Positions 32,273 to 41,066 of a stretch of DNA of 41,066 nt are shown piece by piece. Under the pieces are notes generated by a model that had not been told where the DNA came from, searched no databases, and saw only the letters and a program-made list of their open reading frames with translations. The stretch is from Chiloscyllium plagiosum (lineage: Eukaryota): the NCBI RefSeq assembly GCF_004010195.1, contig NC_057752.1:2776711-2817776 (forward strand). The letters are read 5' to 3'. The first letter of the stretch is position 1, and every line of letters starts with the position of its first letter. Made by a program: the position numbers and the translations under genes.

Positions 32273-35200
32273 TCATCGATTGAAGATGTCCTAAGTTTAA
32301 TCTCTCTCTATCCTATCATGTAGAACACTAAAATAGTGGTGAACTAGTTGGTCTAAACACGGCCTTTACCTTACAATAACCTCTTGTAATGTCCTCACTG
32401 ATTATCAGTTAGTTAATCCCATATTACTTGCTCTGAACACTCTCAACCTACCAACCAGGCAACAAAAAGCAATGGCATAACTGATTTGTCTGATTTTACC
32501 CTCCATAATCCTTCCCTACTCCATACGGCTAAGAATATGGAGCTGAGTGAAGATTGAGACATCCATTTTTCCCCCATCTCCCTTCATCCTCAATGATCAA
32601 CATAGCCATCCTACCTATGTCTCCCTTCTGAAGCGATCAGTACCTGCATGACAGTCAAGCTCAATAATCATGTTAAGACATCCAGCTGTCTCTTGAGTTT
32701 ATTTACCAGTAAACAAAAGTGTGTTCAATGTTCAGAATGCTCAAGAAATTATGAGCATTTGAGCCCTCAGTAAAATTATCTGAGCAGAAGGGAGCCATTC
32801 ATAACACAGGCTTCGGAGTTCACTTGTGGCCTACATCTCCTCAGTAGGCCTTCTCCTCGAGTTATCAGTCAGTTTATAGTGAAATGTCGCTGGGTTGCAT
32901 ACGAGTGAGGGGCTGAGGGAAACAATGAAGTCATTTTCAAATGTAAATAAAAAGTGAAGTGGGGACAGGAACTAATTGAATTGCTTTGCTCAGGAGGTGT
33001 ACAAAATGATTGCTTGCCTGGACACTCAGACAGATCTGTGGCCTCTGTCATAGAAATGAGGCCCTGACAGTGAAATCTGGGACAAATGTGTTCTTGGCTT
33101 GCTGAAATGAATACAGCTCCTAAAAAAAAAACAACCATTTAACTTTGTACTCCCTCACACACCCACACTTCCAAAGTCAACATCTTGGGGATTTGATAAC
33201 TACTTCTGGAAGATGTGCACAAAAATATAGACATTTTTTTAGCAATCATGGAAATTTTGTGTAAAACCACACAAAAGAATACTGATGGAGAAACGGGTAA
33301 CTTGAAGTTGTGTTCTGGATTATTTTCTTGGTTTTTTTTTCTCTCTCTCTACTACTTGCTGCGTTAAATGATTTTTTTTGACCTAGATTTATTAGCTGGC
33401 TTTGAGATGCGAATATATTTACGTGTGTGTTTTTTTAAAAAAAGCTGCTGCAATGCATTCAACTGTCTTTTAAAGCTTTGCGGAAAATTAGAGTGGGGAG
33501 GGTGGGCCATTAGAGATGGTGATTTCTTCACTGTTTTATCGCTGACTTTTGAAAACAAGAAATGAATTCAACTCTTAGTAGAAATGAGACAAAAAAATGT
33601 TTGCTTCAAAATGAAATGTTTCAACTGAACACTTTTATAGATTTTTTTTAAAAAAACAGATGTTTGGAGAGAGAGAGAGAGAGGCAGATGCAATTTCTTT
33701 TTAGTAAATCTAGATGCCACAGCTTGTTTTTTTTTTAATTTGTTGATAAGGGTATGCTTTGTCAATGTTACAGTTATGTTGAGTTCTATTTTGTGCTAAA
33801 GATAGTCTTTATTTGAATTTTTTTGTTACTGAGAGTGGACACATTTGTAAAGAGACTGTTTTTTTGTTTCCTTTAATTTGTAAAGTGAATGCTGTTCATT
33901 AGTGTCGGTTAAGGCATCAATTTTGGAAGAAAATGATGTTTGCCATGTCTTAAGTGCGGTAAGATATAAAACTCCAATCCATTCTCCCTCCCTATAACTA
34001 TTGGTTGCTGTGTGGTATTCTGTGCTGGCTCAGAATGGGTTATCCCAGGAGTAGTGTGGGTTGGCCCAACTGAAGGAGGGTGGATTCGGGCTGGGGGGAG
34101 GATGGTTTTGAGATTTAGGCAACTGGGCAGGAAAAAGGCCTGGGAAATGTCCTCGGCCAAAGGCTAAGTGTGTACAACAAGGGGTTCCTGGTAAGGCATG
34201 AAGAGTCCGTCTTAATCAACCTTATCCTGTAACACAGTTCAATTGGGACCGTCCAACTCAACTGGATCAGAGAAGAAAATTGAATGATTTAAAGCAAGTC
34301 TGCGCAGATCTATTCTCCTCGACCGCCTCAAATTTCAGTCGGGCCGAGCTCTTCATTTTGGGTAAAGTTATAGTCTCAAGGTGGAATTTATCAGCTTTCA
34401 AGAAGGCTGAGGAAATGAAAACTCCCCCCAATACAGGGCACTTCTCTGACCCAACGGAGGTTTCCGTCGACATCCACGGAGCAGGCCAACATGTTCCTCT
34501 CCTCCTTCCAAAATGCACAGGCATGAACAAGGGGAAATGCCCTGTGCAATCTGACCTTCATCTCAGAATGGGGGAAGAGCTGTCCCTGTCATCCAGATAA
34601 AATGGCAGCATGAGAACCAGGCATGGGACCCATTCACAGTGCTCACTTCTGAGGCAAAAGAGAGCCATGAGAAAGCACCGTGGGTTGAAGTGCAGATGGA
34701 AATTCCTCCCAGCCCTTGTCCCTTTTTTCCCGGCACATAGTCCTTGGCCCTCCAAATTCTGCCTTTGAGTTGTTGCAAACAAATTTGTCTGAAATTGGTG
34801 CCTGTGCTGCCTAGTTCCTAGTTAATGACAAGACAACTGACTGGGTACTGTCAGAGAGTTTTATTTACCAAAGAGTCTCAATCCATCCACCAGTCATTGA
34901 AGAAGCTTTATCTCCACTTTATCGTGTTTGTTTTTGGACCTTACTGGACCAGCTTCACCTTGTGGTTCCTCTAGTTCCAGGTGCACCTTTTTGTACAGTA
35001 TGCCTTGCTGCTGGTTTCTTATGGTTCATTATTGCAACCATGAAAGAATCTTTTCACTGTCCATGCAATCACCATCTCTCTCACTCACACACTCACTCAC
35101 TCACTCACACACCAAAATGTATTTTGAAACTATGAAATTACTGACTGCTGTGTGTGTTTTTGGAGCTTTTCTTGAAGTGTGGGGCAATTGTAACCTGGCC

Positions 35201-36444
35201 CTGGCTCCTTGCTATTGAAAACCAGGGAGGGAACAGTCTCTGTAATACCCGCTATCAAATCCTTACTCTCAATCCTATAAATTGCAGATCCTACTCTACT
35301 TTAGAAGCAATATATCTGTGGTGAGTTCTGTGTATGACCAGTTATTGATCTCTGAGCACATAAATCGAGACTGACACTTCGGTGCAGTCCTTGTAGAGGA
35401 GGAGGGGGTGCCTGTTATTGGTCAGCAACAAGCAAAAATCCCGCGTCCCTCTTTTGGAAGGAGTCAGGAGCTCCCTCAGCAATTTACTGTCCTTTCCCTC
35501 AGCCAATACCATGAAAAGAAACCAAAGGTGCTTTGCCAGTTGTCTCACTCAGCTGCTATTTGTGGGAGCTTGCTGTGCACAAAAATGGCTGCCATGTTAA
35601 AATTGTACTCACTGATCAGCAGTGTGCCATTTCATTGAGTTTCTAGAGCTGCATCCACCTTAGGAAGGCAGTCGTTGTCTTACGAAAATGTTTTTTGTTA
35701 GCTGATAATTTTTGCTTCAGTGGAAGATACTCGAAGATTCCAGGACTATTTTCACTTTGGTTTTCCCCATTCTTGACCACACGACCAAAGCAATGTTGTT
35801 TTTTTTTAAATTTAGGGAACAGTCATTGTTAGGAACAGCTACAGCTGACCAACCCATCTACAGCCCATTCCCCCTCACCCTGACAAACCCAAGACTCATG
35901 GCACTTTTCCTTCTTTCATCAAATCCACAGCCTTTTAAAACTGGTTTAACCACATACCATCTCCTGATTTAGGCCATATTTCCTCTGTTCCCTCAGCCTC
36001 GGTGGTGTCCTGCATGATTGTCTTTGACTTAGATTTTCTTATTTAAGTGCTGTTATTGACTACAAACAGAGGATCAGATTCCTCAACACCCCTCTCCAAA
36101 TTCGTGGCTGTTCACGATCTCTGTTCTATTTCCAAATTACAGCATGCTGCACACGTCACACGGGACAGGGACTGATCGAGATAAAGACAAGGACAAATTA
36201 TAGATCTTTATATTACTAACCTAATTCTTCAAAATTGACTTGGTTCCGATTATTTCATTCAATTATCTCAACTTTTCACTGAACTCAAACCTCCATCTTT
36301 TATAAATCAGATAATGTCGCAAGTCCTTGGCTGTTTTGGGCCTACAACAGGCCATTACAGGCTCCCAAATCTGGTGCTTTCATGAAATTGTTTCTTGATT
36401 TCACATTTCTCTAATTCTACTAGGAATTTCATAGTTTCAAAAGA

Positions 36445-39400
36445 TTATCTGCTGCTGTTAAACCATACGAGAGACCGTAGTGTAGAGTCTGAATTTGACT
36501 CCTCGCAACTGTCTCCACCCGATGACCACAGTGCAAATGTAACTGCTTCTTGCTTCCATGGTGTTAAGTTCCCCTCTCCGCCACGCTCAAATGCATGCTT
36601 TAACAAGGTGACAGATACAAACTGCAGTAAAAATCAGCAAAGTAACAATTTGGTGGAAGTTTATTACCATTATCAGGTTCTAATGATCTTGTTGTACCTA
36701 TGTGCTGCCAAATTGTTAGTAAATAGTGAGGGGACATTGAAATCGGGACTGGAGGATTCAACTGAGAAAACTGGGCCTGGCAAGGCCTTCCCTATCCAGA
36801 AGCCAGATTGGTTTAGGAGTTATGTCTCACACAAATGATGACACTGGCACAGTTTGATCAGAGTGAATGCCCTCTACCCTGTTCACAAGGAGTGAATGTT
36901 GACCTCAGAAGGTGTCCCAAAGAAGGTTAACTTCTTGTTGAGGTATTCAGGTCCTCAAGAAGCCAAGGTGACAACTTGAATTCAGGATGCCACATTCTCA
37001 ATTTCCTTTAAACCTGGGACCTTAATGTTGATTTTCCTGGCCCTCCTCACTTGTGCCCTTCCCAAAAAGTGGGCAGGGAATGTGCTTATAAGCCCTCATT
37101 CTCAAGAGCCAGAAGCTAACAAGTACATAAGACACACCTAAGAGTAAGTTTCTCAAGTTTTGCTCTGAAGTCTACCCTTCATCTGTTAGTCTCCTTTTCA
37201 TCTGGCTAGGACCCTGCTGTGTGTTGGGATCACGCCCCACTGCTACTTAGTGGCAAAACCCAGCCGGACTCACTCCTTTCTGAAAGTGAATGTTCAGTGA
37301 GACACATCTAGTTTCCATTGGCTTTCTCCACAGTTACTACTTAAGCCAATTTTGTCGATGGTGCACACTTGTTTCAATTACGATTCATCACAAAATAGTG
37401 GGAAGGAGTGTGGGGAGGGTGGGGCAGAAGGAGTGATTAATGCCAACAGTGCCAAGATTAATGCCAAGAGGAGTGCTGATGAGGGTGGGAGGGAGAGGAG
37501 CGTGGGAGAGTGAGTGAGTAAGTGTGAGGAATGAGTGTGAGTAAAGGTGAGGAATGAGTGTGAGTAAATGTGAGGAATGAGTGAGTAAAGGTGAGGAGAG
37601 TGATTGGAGGATATGGGTGTGTGAAGACAGTGAGCAGGGAGTATAGTGTATAATTAGTCAATTAAATCATGCTTATTGGAATCTTGTCATCAAAATCTGG
37701 TTTGCAGATAAATCGGACAAAATCCCTGAGGGCTGGGAATTTGAAATAAACATAGAAAATGGCTGGAAATGAAAGGCCAGAGACTATATTGAGTCTTGTC
37801 TTTCACCATTGAGTCTGTATTTTCACATATAAAGCACGTATTCTAAGGGCACAGAAACTGTTTGAACTTTAAAACAAATCTACTCTTGCCAAACATGATC
37901 ACAGCAGGAGTAGTTTGAAAAGATTGTGAGTTTACACACACACACAAACACACACACACACATCCAGCATTTCCTTTTGAAAACATTCATGTGGAAGACA
38001 TTGGAGGTTGTGCATAGTGAATTCACAAATTGATAGAAATAGCTCATTTTCCAATGAGACACAAACTCCGGTGTAACATTACCTTGGAAGCTACTGGTAT
38101 CTGTGTGATGGTCACATCGCCTCCGAATGGAAGGCCTATTCTTACATTCTGCTTGTGGTAAAACAATGTCACAAAGTTATACTGCTACACTGGGTTGTGG
38201 TGGGGTGTGTGGGGGACAGGGAAGAGAGGGGAAGCAAATGTTATTCCATGAGGAACTTGTTAGAAATGTAAAGGATTCTCAGAATGATCGGCACATTCGG
38301 ATAATGTGATGTACTGCCTTTGTTTTGAGAAAAAAACTGTATGGACTGAACAGAAATTCTATTAAATGGATTATTTTTTTGTCAACTTACAATGCTAACT
38401 TCAATGGTTGCAAAAAAGTATTTTTTTTATATAAGTTAGTGGCATTACAGGCTCCCACCCCAACTCTTCATTGCTTTAAGATTTTTAAGAAATTATTTCA
38501 TGAGATATGGATTGTCACTGGCAAAACTTATTGCCCATCCCTAATGCACTGCAGCAACTCACTAAGACTCCTTAGACAGCACCTTCCAAACCAAAGACCA
38601 CTTCCATCTGGAAGGACAAGGGCAAAGGTTTAATGGGAACACCACCCCCTGCAAGTTCCCCTCCAAGCCACTCACCATCCGGACTTGAAAATATATTGGT
38701 GTTTCTTCACTGTCGCTGGATCAAAATCCTGGAATTTGCTCCCTAAGGGTATTGTGGGTCTGCCCACACTCCAAGAATGCAGCTCACCACCACCTACTCA
38801 AGAGCCGAACCAGCAATGTTCACATCCCATGAACAACTAAAGAATAATTGCCCTCAGTAGTTCAGACTCCACTACATTGCTGTGGGTCTGGAGTCACATG
38901 TAGGCCAGACCAGATAAGGATGGCTGATTTCCCTTTCCTAAAGGGTATTAGTGAATCAGATGGTTTTGTGCAACAATTGATGATAGTTGTCATGGTCATC
39001 ATTCCCCAGACTAGCATTCAATTCCAGATTGTATTAATTGAATTTAAATTCCATCAGCTACCGTGGTGGGATTTGAAATCATGACCCCAGAGCATTAACT
39101 TGGAGCTAAGTTCAGTGATGTTATCATCTCTCCTGCCGCTAAATGAGCTGATCTTAGCCAGGGCCTCACATAGCACCACACTGTTAGTCTTGGTGCCTTT
39201 TGAGAAAAGGTGGGGTGGGGACATAAGAATTAAACTTTGAATCTTTGTTTCTAGTTCCTGTCCAGTGAATCCTCACATACTGTCCACAGAATTGGTTACG
39301 ATGCCTCATGTAGTCACATAGCTTGTTGGTACTGTCATCTTTCCTCCCCCCAGAATAATGGCCAATTGAACTAAGTACCTGAGAGCTGTCAGTGAATGAG

Positions 39401-40142
39401 GAGCTGTATCCCTGGAATAGCAGCACCTTGACGGCAGGAGTGATGAGGATCATGAGAGGACAGGGGAAGGGGAGTCATGTATAAGGAAAGCAGAACTCCC
39501 ACGTCTTCAGCTGATGTGTTGCATTGCTTCCAATAAATCCTGACAGTAAAGAAGTGGATCCTCCTGATTTTCACAGCCACCTGCCTGCTGGCCCCTTTAA
39601 CTGACCTTTACTGGAAGGGGGAAAGCTGAATTTGCATTTATGTAGTACCTTAGATTGCACAATCGGTAGCTTATAAGCAGGCCATTCAGCTCAACTGATC
39701 CATGCTGGTATTTATTCTGCACTTGAGCCTCCTGTCACCCCAGCCCAATCTAATAAATGCTAATGTACTGCCTGCAACTTGACGGTCATACCAATGCAGG
39801 CAGACGCTAACCACAATGCTCTGGAAGGAAGTAACCATGCTACAACATCGGGATTATTGTGCACTGGCTTTATTTTCTCTTAGGAGTATGGGCGGATTTC
39901 TATTTACATGTCAAAAGAGATCAAGTACACCAATACAGTACTTAAAATTGATTCTGTTTTTCATCAATGCTCCCATATCAGACATCCTTATGGACAGTGC
40001 TTTCACTTATTACTGAACATCTAACTGGTACACACTGAAAATCCAACATTTTTTTGCTTTTTTTTTTTAAAAATCTTTTCATGTGCTTACCTGGTGTTCC
40101 TGTGTCTCGCATTCCAATATGGGCAGGAATGAAGGAATCTTC
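36445..40142 (-). CDS. Tentative unrecognised multi-exon gene, convergent with RBMS2 (exons 40142-40091, 39820-39792, 39539-39503, 39411-39277, 38151-38083, 36621-36445)
   Basis: Six AG/GT-bounded segments chain into one open frame ending ...FERGGEGNLTPWKQEAVTFALW...FNSSR*. No homology recognised, and the sites were picked by eye. Confidence 0.25.
37500..37600. repeat. Degenerate ~23-bp purine-rich tandem repeat (GTGAGGAATGAGTGTGAGTAAAG), about 3 copies
   Basis: Seen directly. Confidence 0.8.
37934..37962. repeat. (CA)n microsatellite, interrupted
   Basis: ACACACACACACAAACACACACACACACA. Confidence 0.95.
38490..39125 (-). mobile_element. tRNA-derived SINE (same family as 12988-13388) interrupted by a + strand LINE 3' end at ~38543-38847
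   Basis: TGCTGTGGGTCTGGAGTCACAT and GGTGGGATTTGAA are reverse complements of the 12988 SINE. The insert matches 30440-30750. Confidence 0.75.
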
Positions 40143-40459
40143 CTGCAGCAATTTCAGATCATCAGATGGTTCCAACCGCAATAGAAAAGGAAATCCTCTT
40201 GCTGCCGGGGCAGTGGGACGGGGCACATTTGGATTCAAATAATAGATTCTTTCATCTTCCTTTCCATTCTTCTATTGAATATCCCGGCAGCCCTCACCTC
40301 AGCTTCCTGAAGTCCAACCATTCACACATCAAATGATGGGGAGACTCATGTCCTTGAAATGAGTTAAGGTCAAAAACAATCTGGACAGGATTGGAAATAA
40401 ATATGGAACACACTGGATGTACCGAGCTGAAAGGATACATTCGTCTCTCAAAATATTCT

Positions 40460-40554
40460 AGAAATACAGAATATAGGAATAGGCAATTCAGCCCTGCAAG
40501 CCTATCCCACCACTCAATCTGATCATGGCTGATCATCCAACTCAGTCCCCTGTT
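40460..40554 (-). mobile_element. CR1 3' tail, truncated by the adjacent palindrome
   Basis: TCAATCTGATCATGGCTGATCATCCAACTCAGTCCCCTGTT is the reverse complement of ~14868-14908. Confidence 0.85.
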
Positions 40555-41066
40555 AGAACATACAGCACAGAACAGGCCCTTCGGCCCACGATGTTGTGCC
40601 AAACATTTGTCCTAGCTTAAGCACCCATCCATGTACCTATCCAATTGCCGCTTAAAGGTCACCAAAGATTCTGACTCTACCACTCCCACAGGCAGCGCAT
40701 TCCATGCCCCCACCACCCTGACATCTCCCCTATACCTTCCACCCTTCACCTTAAATTTATGTCCCCTTGTAACACTCTGTTGTACCCGGGGAAAAAGTAC
40801 AACAGAGTGTTACAAGGGGACATAAATATAAGGTGAAGGGTGGAAGGTATAGGGAAGATGTCAGGGGTGGGTTCTTTCCCCAGAGAGTGGTGGGGGCATG
40901 GAATGCGCTGCCCGTGGGAGTGGTAAAGTCGGAATCATTGGCGACCTTTAAGCGGCATTTGGATAGGTACATGGATGGGTACTTAATCTAGGTTAGAAGT
41001 TCGGCACAACATCGTGGGCCAAAGGGCCTGTTCTGTGCTGTATTGTGCTATGTTCTATGTTCTATG
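40555..41066. mobile_element. Fold-back palindrome of two CR1-type 3' ends joined head to head
   Basis: Left arm 40555-40785 is the reverse complement of the right arm 40797-~41050; 11-nt loop CCGGGGAAAAA; (TATGTTC)n tail at the window end. Confidence 0.92.

Larger units (their letters stand above)
28997..35140 (+). other. RBMS2: Probable terminal non-coding exon (3'UTR) of the RBMS2-like gene; start well supported, end uncertain
   Basis: Strong acceptor TCTTGTTTTCTTTTCTTCCAG|ATGTG. U/A-rich UTR-like blocks at 29100-29500, 33200-33950 and 34980-35140. AATAAA at 29953 and 32946. Confidence 0.5.

Noticed and set aside
36395..36838. 147-aa + strand ORF
   Set aside because: Starts at TTG, has no recognisable domain or supporting splice sites; the minus-strand exon candidate in the same place has better signals.
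40091..40271. Longer 181-nt version of the minus-strand exon (KNGKEDERIYYLNPNVPRP...)
   Set aside because: Its acceptor lacks a pyrimidine tract, and its phase leads to stops in two of the three next candidate exons and does not chain through to the 38151 and 36621 exons. Kept only as an alternative to the 52-nt form.

Overview
Vertebrate genomic DNA, most likely a shark: it carries HE1/V-SINE, Deu-domain SINE, CR1/L2 and Penelope-like repeats of elasmobranch type. The window holds the 3' half of an RBMS-family RNA-binding protein gene on the + strand, best matching RBMS2. Eight GT-AG coding exons at 11614-26656 splice in frame, followed by a 3'UTR intron and a long terminal exon from 28997. 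The first 10.6 kb is a single compound dinucleotide-register satellite (GAGACAGTCTGCGTGTGTGCACGCGA-type units) in the upstream intron, and it produces all the long spurious ORFs. The introns contain Penelope-derived elements with minimal hammerhead ribozyme motifs, a 121-bp locally templated duplication and a candidate NMD-switch cassette exon in the 3'UTR intron. A possible unrecognised convergent spliced gene lies at 36.4-40.3 kb, and a CR1 fold-back palindrome sits at the right end. All calls were made by eye; no searches were run, and repeat boundaries are approximate.
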